IMG/VR virus record: IMGVR_UViG_3300037423_000420
Location: 1-35,847 of that record
DNA length: 35,847 bases
Reading direction: 5' to 3' (one strand)
From: a virus
Taxonomy: Duplodnaviria > Caudoviricetes
Below the pieces are notes generated by a model. It ran no database searches. It was not told the DNA's origin and was given only the letters and a program-made list of their open reading frames with translations. Both the position numbers and the translations under genes were made by a program. Shown here piece after piece: positions 1 to 7,107 of the stretch; the first letter of the stretch is position 1; each line of letters starts with the position of its first letter.

Positions 1-159
1 TCCGTTGCGATCACCTTCCGGATGACCGTGCACGCGACCGCCGATGACGTCGGCAAGCTGTGCGAATTCATCCAGCGCGACATCGAGCTGAAGCTGACGC
101 CGCCGGAGGCGAAGACCGCCGACGACCTGTTCCCGGACAACATGCGGAAGGCGGCCTGA
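1..159 (+). CDS. 3' end of the hypothetical protein at 35307-35834 (duplicated by the overlap)
   Basis: Frame 1 reads SVAITFRMTVHATADD...NMRKAA*, identical to the C-terminus of the last ORF. Confidence 0.85.
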   Translation, partial: SVAITFRMTVHATADDVGKLCEFIQRDIELKLTPPEAKTADDLFPDNMRKAA

Positions 160-172
160 TCATGGCGCGCGC
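1..172. repeat. Terminal direct repeat, left copy (circular overlap with 35676-35847)
   Basis: Matches 35676-35847 with 3 mismatches (positions 3, 6, 45); 46-172 is an exact 127-bp match. Confidence 0.97.
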
Positions 173-515
173 ATCCGCACCCGCTGAGAAGCGCGGCCTG
201 ACCATTGCCGAGAAGGTCGCCCGGCGCGCTGCCGTCTGCGCTCGGATACAAGAGCTGCTGGCCGAGAAGCCGATGACGATGGACGAGGTAGCGGCGGGCC
301 TGGATCTGGCCTGGGGCACGGTCTACAACTACATGACCCTGATGGAGCGGGAAGGCCAAGCAGCCCGCTCCGGGCGCTTCGTCAAACGCGCGGAGCTGTG
401 GGTTGCGGGTGCGCACGCCGTGGATCTGGGCAAGGACACGCCGGCAACGCAGAGCGCGAGCCTGTGCGCGCTGGAGCAGGCGCTGTTCGGGTCGGCGCGG
501 GGAGCTGCAGCGTGA
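162..515 (+). CDS. Winged-helix/HTH DNA-binding protein
   Basis: ATG follows GGAAGG RBS and upstream stop; HTH-like segment MTMDEVAAGLDLAWGTVYNYMTLMEREG. Confidence 0.65.
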   Translation: MARASAPAEKRGLTIAEKVARRAAVCARIQELLAEKPMTMDEVAAGLDLAWGTVYNYMTLMEREGQAARSGRFVKRAELWVAGAHAVDLGKDTPATQSASLCALEQALFGSARGAAA

Positions 516-1741
516 ACCAGATCGATATCTTCGGCGCCGGCGCGCGCCGTCTGCAGATGACCGAATCCATCGAGTTGACGATTCAATCGCTGCAGGCGTA
601 TGGCGCCGACCACGACCACTGGGGAATTGCCTGGTCGGGCGGCAAGGACAGCTCGGCCACACTGACGCTGATCATCTACCTGCTGGACACTGGCAAGATC
701 CGGCGCCCAAAGTCGATCACTGTGTTCTACGCCGATACTCGCCAGGAGCTGATCCCCCTGGCAGTGGCGGCGCGCCACATCATGGACGAGCTGGAAGAGC
801 GCGGCATCCAGTGCGAGGTGGTGACAGCACCGATGGACAAGCGCTTCATGGTCTACATTCTCGGCCGCGGCGTGCCGCCGCCGAACAACAACACTCTTCG
901 GTGGTGCACGCGCCAGATCAAAATCGATCCGATGGAGCAGGCCCTGCGCGACCGCCTCGACCAACTCGACGGTCAAATCCTGATGATCACGGGCGTGCGC
1001 CAGGGCGAAAGCGCGATTCGCGATCGCCGCATCGAGATGAGCTGCGGGAAGGACGGCGCCGAGTGCGGCCAGGGCTGGTACCAGCAGGTGCTGCCGAATG
1101 CGAAGGGCCTGCGCGGCAGGCTGGCCACCCTGGCGCCGCTGCTCCATTGGCGCGTGTGCCACGTGTGGGAGTGGCTGAAGCATTGGGCACCGGCTGCCGA
1201 GTTCGGCGACTGGAGCACGGCCATGATCGCCGACGCCTACGGCGGCGACGAGGCGGAAGAGATCAACGCGCGCACCGGCTGCATTGGGTGCGCTCTAGCG
1301 CAGGAAGACAAAGCTCTCGACAGCGTGCTACTGCTGCCGGCCTGGTCGTACCTGGCGCCGCTGAAGGGCCTGCGTCCGCTGTGGCGCGAACTGCGCGAGC
1401 CACAGCACCGGCTGCGCAAGGCCGGGATCGAGCGGCTGAAGGACGGCAGTATCGCAAAGAATCCGCAGCGCATGGGGCCGCTAACGCTGGAAGCACGCCT
1501 GATGGGCCTGGAGCGCGTGCTCGGCATCCAGGCCGAGATCAACGCGGCGGCGCGCGCTCTGGGCCGGCCCGAGATCGACCTGATCAACGCTGAAGAAGAG
1601 GCGCGCATCCGCGAGCTGATTGCGCTGGAGACCTGGCCAGAAGGCTGGGAGGGCGACGAGCCGATTGCCACGACCGTGATGGACGTGATCTACCAGAACG
1701 GGGCTGTGCAGCCGCGGCTGTTTTCGGAGGCTGAGCTTTGA
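512..1741 (+). CDS. PAPS-reductase-family, DndC-like PP-loop protein
   Basis: GTG start overlapping upstream TGA; motifs SGGKDS, ADT, GRGVPPP..RWCT..IKIDP, GVRQGES..R, RTGCIGC. Confidence 0.85.
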   Translation: MNQIDIFGAGARRLQMTESIELTIQSLQAYGADHDHWGIAWSGGKDSSATLTLIIYLLDTGKIRRPKSITVFYADTRQELIPLAVAARHIMDELEERGIQCEVVTAPMDKRFMVYILGRGVPPPNNNTLRWCTRQIKIDPMEQALRDRLDQLDGQILMITGVRQGESAIRDRRIEMSCGKDGAECGQGWYQQVLPNAKGLRGRLATLAPLLHWRVCHVWEWLKHWAPAAEFGDWSTAMIADAYGGDEAEEINARTGCIGCALAQEDKALDSVLLLPAWSYLAPLKGLRPLWRELREPQHRLRKAGIERLKDGSIAKNPQRMGPLTLEARLMGLERVLGIQAEINAAARALGRPEIDLINAEEEARIRELIALETWPEGWEGDEPIATTVMDVIYQNGAVQPRLFSEAEL

Positions 1742-1751
1742 AAAAAATCCA

Positions 1752-2522
1752 TCACATGCTTCCGGCGCGCGCGCGTTCCAAATCGATCTGCCGCTGCATG
1801 GCTTTTGCCCGGTACTTTCGGGTTAGCTTCGCGGCAACCTCGTTGAATCGCTTCGCCTCCGTTTTGGAAATGGTATGTCCAGAAGAATGGGCAGCCAAAT
1901 TATGCAATTCGATCAGACCAACTAGTGTTTCCACCTCCGCACTGGAAAGGAGACCGTCGTTCGCTAATGATGCAACGATTTGTGCCGGCCCAACGCGGCG
2001 GCCAGAGCCGCGAAATGCAGCAGCGCCTCCAAGGTACGAAAGTAGCGCATCTTCGAGAGCTTGCCAGGAGGCCATCACGATACCCGTTGGGTTCGCACGC
2101 AATGCGATGGGGTCGGGAGCTGACGGACTTTCTATCGAATACGCCCCGACGAAGTCAGTGTTAACCGTTGTTGTTGGCGGCGTGGTCGGTGCTGGTGTCG
2201 GCTGGGCGTCCACCACCGGCGTAGCTACTTGTGGCAGCGGAGCAGGAGCCTCTGGCGGCGCTCCTGCTTCCGACGCCGCAGAGATCTTCTCGGCTGCCTG
2301 TTCAGCTTTGTTTAAAACGCGATCGAACTTTGCCTTTATTCCTAAAGCCTCCAGTTCCGAGAGCGAAGGTATCAGCTTGAGGATCTCGTCTTTAAAAGTG
2401 CGGAGGATTAAGACCGTGGCTATGGGCCAAGCAATGGCTGAAATGAGATCAGTAAAAGGCTTTACGAGACCCGACGCTTTCACGTCCCAGAAGACAGCAT
2501 TTGTAGTTGCAGGATCGACCAT
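1752..2522 (-). CDS. Moron-like membrane-anchored protein with C-terminal HEPN/DUF4145-like helical domain
   Basis: Opposite strand to neighbours, lower GC; TM segment LISAIAWPIATVLIL; Pro/Thr linker; ELHNLAAH at the HEPN Rx4H position. Confidence 0.65.
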   Translation of the reverse strand: MVDPATTNAVFWDVKASGLVKPFTDLISAIAWPIATVLILRTFKDEILKLIPSLSELEALGIKAKFDRVLNKAEQAAEKISAASEAGAPPEAPAPLPQVATPVVDAQPTPAPTTPPTTTVNTDFVGAYSIESPSAPDPIALRANPTGIVMASWQALEDALLSYLGGAAAFRGSGRRVGPAQIVASLANDGLLSSAEVETLVGLIELHNLAAHSSGHTISKTEAKRFNEVAAKLTRKYRAKAMQRQIDLERARAGSM

Positions 2523-2551
2523 GGCAGTAAGCGTTCGAAATTGACGCACGG

Positions 2552-2560
2552 ATATTAACA
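2552..2560 (-). promoter_or_regulatory. Extended -10 promoter for the moron gene
   Basis: Minus strand reads TGT-TAATAT about 30 nt upstream of the ATG at 2522, in an AT-rich gap with palindrome TTAACA-CGC-TGTTAA. Confidence 0.5.
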
Positions 2561-2591
2561 CGCTGTTAACTAAATGGAACGAAAAGAGGAT

Positions 2592-2873
2592 ATGGACCGA
2601 AAACTCGACATCCTGCACGAAGCGAAGCGCCTGCGCCTGTTGGCCGCTGCGCTCGAGCTGCAGCACTACACCAGCACCGCATCGAACGTGGTGCCGATCC
2701 CAGGCGGCGACCAGGTGATCGTGATCGGCACGCCGGCGCAGGTGCGCGAGCTGCTGGCGCGCTGCCCGCACTGCGACGGCACGGGTGATGTGCACCGGCC
2801 TGACGGCACCTGGGCCGGCACCTGCACGTGCCCGGCTGGCGCCACCGACAGCGAGGGCGGCCACCATGACTGA
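2592..2873 (+). CDS. Hypothetical protein with C-terminal Zn-ribbon (CPHCDGTG...CTC)
   Basis: GAGGA RBS region; DnaJ-like CxxCxGxG motif; alternative start at 2574. Confidence 0.65.
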   Translation: MDRKLDILHEAKRLRLLAAALELQHYTSTASNVVPIPGGDQVIVIGTPAQVRELLARCPHCDGTGDVHRPDGTWAGTCTCPAGATDSEGGHHD

Positions 2874-3474
2874 ACGCGGCATCCTCTTCAGCAGCGCCAT
2901 GGTGCGCGCGCTGCTCGACGGCAGCAAGACGCAGACGCGGCGGGCGCTGCGCGTGCAGCCTCTGGACGTCCTGCCGATGAACGGCGACCTTACCGGCCGC
3001 GAATGGGTCGGCCTGATGACGCGCGAGCCGAAGCCGGAAGGCCAGGTTTTCCGCTGCAAGTTCGGCGTGCCTGGCGACCGCTTGTGGGTGCGCGAGACGT
3101 GGGCACAGCCCACGACACTCGACCCGGGCCCAACTTTTTACCGTGCCGATTATCCGGCCTGCGCGGCTGGCTTCTCGAATCTGCCGCCGGCCGACGAAAT
3201 CACGTGGAAGCCGTCGATCCACATGTTCAGGAAGGACAGCCGCATCCTGCTGGAGATCACCGGGGTTCGCGTCGAGCGGCTGCAGGACATCAGCGAGGCC
3301 GATGCGGCTGCCGAAGGCTGGCCGCGCCGCCCTGAAGTCTCAGACGATCCGCAGGTACATGCTGATGCGGCGCGCGACTGGTACATGGACCTGTGGGAAC
3401 AGATCAACGGTGCCGGCAGCTGGGCCGCCAATCCCTGGGTGTGGGTGATCGAGTTCAGGAGGGTCGAGGGATGA
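2866..3474 (+). CDS. ASCH/PUA-like phage protein
   Basis: ILFSSAMVRALLDGSKTQTRR, GDRLWVRETW, RVERLQDISEADAAAEG, NPWVWVIEF; GAGGG RBS. Confidence 0.8.
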   Translation: MTERGILFSSAMVRALLDGSKTQTRRALRVQPLDVLPMNGDLTGREWVGLMTREPKPEGQVFRCKFGVPGDRLWVRETWAQPTTLDPGPTFYRADYPACAAGFSNLPPADEITWKPSIHMFRKDSRILLEITGVRVERLQDISEADAAAEGWPRRPEVSDDPQVHADAARDWYMDLWEQINGAGSWAANPWVWVIEFRRVEG

Positions 3475-3650
3475 TCGAACGAAAAGCAGACCGGCGCCGC
3501 GGCGTGTCGTCGTTCTTCACCAGCCCGGTGAACGACCGGCGCCGGCCGAACTTCGAGCGACGCGGCACGGTCCCGGCCCGGCCTGTGCCGACGCCAGCGC
3601 AGCGGCTGTACGGGGAACGCCGCGTCCTCCCAGATGCGGGATTGGAATAA
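3471..3650 (+). CDS. 59-aa Arg-rich hypothetical protein with repeated [DE]RR motifs
   Basis: ATGA overlap with the upstream gene, GGAGGG RBS, stop followed by the RBS of the next gene. Confidence 0.65.
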   Translation: MIERKADRRRGVSSFFTSPVNDRRRPNFERRGTVPARPVPTPAQRLYGERRVLPDAGLE

Positions 3651-3660
3651 GGAGATAAAT

Positions 3661-3891
3661 ATGCAAGCTGAAACCAGTAACACCCTGCCGTCCACCGGCT
3701 TCGTGCGCGAGCGCGACCTGATCGGCAACGCGCAAGCGCGCGGCCCGGTTCCGTTCTCGCACGCCACGCTGTGGCGGAAAGTGAAGTCGAATCAGTTCCC
3801 GGCGCCGGTAAAGCTGTCCGAAGGCGTCACGGCCTGGCGTGTCGAAGACGTACGCGCATGGATCGCGAAGCACGCCGGGGCCAGCGCGTAA
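3661..3891 (+). CDS. alpA: AlpA-family excisionase / recombination directionality factor
   Basis: TAAGGAG RBS; FSHATLWRKVKSNQFPAPVKLSEGVTAWRVEDVRAWI; adjacent to att site and integrase. Confidence 0.9.
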   Translation: MQAETSNTLPSTGFVRERDLIGNAQARGPVPFSHATLWRKVKSNQFPAPVKLSEGVTAWRVEDVRAWIAKHAGASA

Positions 3892-3895
3892 GCGC

Positions 3896-4156
3896 GTTGG
3901 TATTTCTGTTGGTATGTGCCTCAATCTATCAGCAAGAAACGTGTCAACCATGCGCCTTCCGGCCGTTTTCCCGATTCCGGCCGGAGGCACCAGTACCTTG
4001 TAGCAACACATACCAAGTTGTATCAAAATCCGAAGTTTTCCCTATGTAGCTGGGGATTTTTTCGGTTCATCAAGTTCCCTGCTGTATCATCCAATCTCCA
4101 CTTTTTGTTGGTAGGTTTGATGGTATGTCGCCGTCAAGCGCCTACCAGATACCAAC
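3896..4156. mobile_element. Intact attP region with integrase arm-type repeats
   Basis: GTTGGTAT at 3896 and 3908; GTTGGTAG/GATGGTAT at 4107/4119 (12-bp period); inverted ATACCAAC at 4149; AT-rich. Confidence 0.8.
3972..3992 (+). other. att core: 3' end of a tRNA (probably tRNA-Leu)
   Basis: CGATTCCGGCCGGAGGCACCA = T-loop 3' half, T-stem, acceptor strand, discriminator A and CCA; resembles leuX-type tRNA ends. Confidence 0.75.
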
Positions 4157-4167
4157 ACGAGATAGGA

Positions 4168-5385
4168 ATGCCCCTCACTGATACATTCATCCGGCAGGCC
4201 AAATACAGCGGCGCCAAGGCCGGCGACAAGCACTCTGATGGCGGCGGCCTATACCTGCTGGTGAACGCGGCAGGTAAATACTGGCGCATGAACTACCGTT
4301 TTCTGGGTAAGCAGAAGACCCTGTCCCTCGGCGTCTACCCTGCCGTGTCGCTCGCTGCAGCCCGCAAAGGCCGCGACCAGGCGCGCGAGCAGCTCGCCGC
4401 CGGCAAAGATCCGAGCGCCGAAAAGCAAGACGCCGCGCGGGAAGCGATGCGTGCGGCCGGCGCCACTTTCGAAGCCGCAGCACGCGACTGGTTCGAGGCA
4501 ACCAAGAGCCAGCGTGCCGAAACGACGCACCTGCAGGTCGTGCGCTGGTTCGAGGTGGACGTGTTCCCCCACATTGGCCAGACGCCGATCCATCTGTTGC
4601 GACCGCGCGACATCCTAGACGTTATGAAGAAGATGCAAGCGCGAGGCGTCAGGGAGACAGCGCACCGCGTCCTCGGCTACATCAGCAAGGTGTTCCGTAT
4701 GGCGATGGTCGCCGAGCTGGTCGACCGTGACCCGACGGTAGGTATAGGTGACGCCATCGAAAAGCCGGTGGAGCGGCACCTGGCAGCCATCACCGAGCCG
4801 GCCGACGCTGCCATGCTGATGCGCGCGATTCACGCCTACGAAGGCCATCCGGTGACATGCGCGGCGCTGAAGTTCCTGCCGCTTGTCTTTCAGCGCCCGC
4901 ACATGATCCGAGAGGCCGAGTGGGCAGAGATGAACCTGGACGCCGGGGAATGGCGGATCCCGGCCGAGAAGATGAAGATGGAGAACGACCACATTGTGCC
5001 GCTGGCCCGGCAAGCGATCGAGATCATCCGGGGCCTGGAGCCGATCACCGGCCATGGGCGCTACGTGTTCGCCAGCCTGCGGCCAGGCCGCCCCATGAGC
5101 GAAAACACGATCAACATGGCGCTGCGGAATATGGGCTACGACGGCGACACGATGGTCGGCCACGGTTTCCGCGCGATGGCGCGCACTATCCTCGACGAAG
5201 TGCTGGGGGAACGGGTCGACCTGATCGAGCACCAGCTGGCGCACGCGGTAAAGGATGTGAACGGGCGGGCCTACAATCGCACGGCCCACCTGCCGGCGCG
5301 GCGGGAGATGATGCAGCGCTGGGCGGATTATCTGGACAAGCTGCGACTGGGCGCCGATGTGGTGCAGCTGCGTCCGACCGCGTAG
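4168..5385 (+). CDS. int: P4-type tyrosine integrase
   Basis: Arm-binding DGGGLYLLV..GKYWRMNYRFLGKQKTLSLGVYP; catalytic R, HGFR, LAH, AYNR motifs. Confidence 0.97.
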   Translation: MPLTDTFIRQAKYSGAKAGDKHSDGGGLYLLVNAAGKYWRMNYRFLGKQKTLSLGVYPAVSLAAARKGRDQAREQLAAGKDPSAEKQDAAREAMRAAGATFEAAARDWFEATKSQRAETTHLQVVRWFEVDVFPHIGQTPIHLLRPRDILDVMKKMQARGVRETAHRVLGYISKVFRMAMVAELVDRDPTVGIGDAIEKPVERHLAAITEPADAAMLMRAIHAYEGHPVTCAALKFLPLVFQRPHMIREAEWAEMNLDAGEWRIPAEKMKMENDHIVPLARQAIEIIRGLEPITGHGRYVFASLRPGRPMSENTINMALRNMGYDGDTMVGHGFRAMARTILDEVLGERVDLIEHQLAHAVKDVNGRAYNRTAHLPARREMMQRWADYLDKLRLGADVVQLRPTA

Positions 5386-5449
5386 GCGAGACGGCAGCAC
5401 TATTGAGCCGCCTCACCCGGGCATTGTCGGCCGACGGTATCGTGCCGAC

Positions 5450-5626
5450 ATGGAATTGCGTACTGACTTCTTTACCGCCAGTCGGGTCGACCTGGCGCTG
5501 ATTCTGCTGCCGACCATTACCTGGCAGGAAGCATCCGTAATGCTGGCCATTAGCGGGGTGCCGGCTGAGGTGGCGGCGCGGGTGCTGGTCCTGCCTGAGG
5601 CGCGGCGGTTGCCGGCGACACAATGA
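5450..5626 (+). CDS. Small hypothetical protein (58 aa)
   Basis: MELRTDFFTASRVDLAL...VAARVL; fills the gap between int and the lysis genes; weak RBS. Confidence 0.5.
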   Translation: MELRTDFFTASRVDLALILLPTITWQEASVMLAISGVPAEVAARVLVLPEARRLPATQ

Positions 5627-5640
5627 CTACTTCGCCGTTA

Positions 5641-5675
5641 ACCACGCGCAGCAGCAGTTCGCTGCCGCGCGTGGT
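5641..5675 (-). terminator. 15-bp hairpin between convergent transcription units (probable end of late transcript)
   Basis: ACCACGCGCAGCAGC-agttc-GCTGCCGCGCGTGGT; the single mismatch is a G-U pair on the minus strand; U-tract weak. Confidence 0.55.
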
Positions 5676-5692
5676 GATGACGTGGAAGTCCA

Positions 5693-6229
5693 TCAAGGTT
5701 CAGGACCGTAGAAGCCGTGCGTCCGGATCCAGTCCTGCAGCGCGTCTATCTTGGCGCGGAGCCGGTCGGTTTCTCGATCGGCAGCTTCTGCGAGGTCTCG
5801 AAGACCGCGTTCAACTGGTTCTGGTAGCTCGACGGTTTCGACGGTTCCGGCTGCATTAGCTCGGCCGGCGCTTTCGGAGATTCTTTCTCCGGCAGGGCAA
5901 TCACGCTGGGGGACTGGAATTGTGATGCGCAGCCGCTGGCGATCAGCAGCAGCACGCTCAGCAGCAATACGGTCTTCGCTTTCATGAAGTTTCCTTTCGT
6001 AGTCGGTCAAGGTGGTACGGGTGGCGGCCAGGTCCTTCTGGCGCGCCGCCTCGTTCTTCGCGACGGCGGCCAGCACGGCCTGCTTTTCATGCTCGGTGCG
6101 CGCCAGCTTGTCGCGGTCCCATTCAGCCTGAACGCCCGCTGCGCCCAAGTGGTGGCCACCAGCCGCTGCCAACACGACCAGGGCGATTACCACCAGGACG
6201 CCTGCCAGCAGCTGCTCGAGCCGGCTCAT
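5693..6229 (-). CDS. Rz: i-spanin (Rz-like)
   Basis: N-terminal TM helix, coiled coil, C-terminal LQDWIR; ATGA overlap with endolysin stop. Confidence 0.85.
   Translation of the reverse strand: MSRLEQLLAGVLVVIALVVLAAAGGHHLGAAGVQAEWDRDKLARTEHEKQAVLAAVAKNEAARQKDLAATRTTLTDYERKLHESEDRIAAERAAADRQRLRITIPVPQRDCPAGERISESAGRANAAGTVETVELPEPVERGLRDLAEAADRETDRLRAKIDALQDWIRTHGFYGPEP
5746..5985 (-). CDS. Rz1: o-spanin lipoprotein (Rz1-like), fully embedded in Rz in another frame
   Basis: Signal peptide with lipobox IASGC; Pro-rich mature part; AAGGA RBS. Confidence 0.8.
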   Translation of the reverse strand: MKAKTVLLLSVLLLIASGCASQFQSPSVIALPEKESPKAPAELMQPEPSKPSSYQNQLNAVFETSQKLPIEKPTGSAPR

Positions 6230-6705
6230 GCTGGCACCCGAGCTGGTTGCACGTCGTACTGCGCCATGTTCCGGCCGCCAGTGCGGTTGCCCATAATGCT
6301 GATCAGCAGGCTGGCGTAGTCCGGGTCGGTCGCGTAGCCGGCAGCGGCCACCGCGCGCGCCCATCCTTCGCCTGTGATCTCCTTGAAGCAATCCCGGTAC
6401 CGCGGGTTAGCCTTAAAGAAGTTGGCGTGGTCGACCATGCATTCCGCCCAGCTGGCGTATGCGCGGAACTTGTCGGTGACGGCCACGCGCTGGCCCTTCA
6501 CGACTTCATGGGTCGAGACGTCAACGGTCGGCCCCTTCCAGGCCCTGTCTGCCTTGATGCCGAACAGGTTGTTACCGGGACAGCGCGCGCCCCAGCCGGA
6601 CTCCAGCGCCGCCTGCGCCAGGGTAAAGGAAGCTGGGATCCCGGTGGCGCGCTGGCAGGCCTGCGCCGGCCCGACCATCAGGGCAAGGAAGGCGCTAGGC
6701 GGCAT
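6226..6705 (-). CDS. Endolysin, GH73 glucosaminidase (FlgJ-like)
   Basis: AQAALESGWG, NNLFGIKA, FRAY, GYATDPDY. Confidence 0.92.
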   Translation of the reverse strand: MPPSAFLALMVGPAQACQRATGIPASFTLAQAALESGWGARCPGNNLFGIKADRAWKGPTVDVSTHEVVKGQRVAVTDKFRAYASWAECMVDHANFFKANPRYRDCFKEITGEGWARAVAAAGYATDPDYASLLISIMGNRTGGRNMAQYDVQPARVPA

Positions 6706-7072
6706 GGTCTTCCCCCTTCGTCGTGGCCAGCGGGTCGGCCGGGTCGGCCGGCAGGTTGAACTTCGCCGTGAACATGGCCTCGAGCTTGAAGAGCGCGCGG
6801 GAACCCATGTGCGACGAAATCCCGACTAGCGCGTACTTCAGCGGCGCCGAAGAGCCGATCGAGTCGCACAGGTTGGCGGTGATAATGCCGGTCAGCCCTG
6901 CGGCCGCGATCTCGCCAAGAAACTCGGTGAAGTTCCAGGCACGCACGTGGCCGGTTTTCATCTTCTGCAGGAAGGATGCGATGCCGCCCAGCAGAGACAC
7001 GAAGGCGACCCAAGCCCAAGGAAGGATCTCGGCCAGATCAGAAAACGCTGGTGGTGGAGTTTTTTCAATCAT
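6695..7072 (-). CDS. Holin
   Basis: 2-3 TM segments, GISSHMGSRAL motif, directly upstream of the endolysin. Confidence 0.85.
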   Translation of the reverse strand: MIEKTPPPAFSDLAEILPWAWVAFVSLLGGIASFLQKMKTGHVRAWNFTEFLGEIAAAGLTGIITANLCDSIGSSAPLKYALVGISSHMGSRALFKLEAMFTAKFNLPADPADPLATTKGEDHAA

Positions 7073-7107
7073 TTTTATCTTTCAGGACAAGTTAAGGACG
7101 GCGGTTT

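Noticed and set aside
512-1741. Calling the PAPS-reductase-family gene a sulfur-assimilation auxiliary metabolic gene (cysH)
   Set aside because: Length and motifs are DndC-like, the CysH C-terminal ECGLH motif is absent, and no other cys genes are present.
1738-2544. 268-aa + strand ORF overlapping the moron
   Set aside because: Composition is not protein-like; the minus-strand ORF has a TM helix, domain pattern and promoter.
3972-3992. Possible tRNA gene
   Set aside because: Only the last ~21 nt are present; the upstream sequence does not form D or anticodon arms. Interpreted as the att core.
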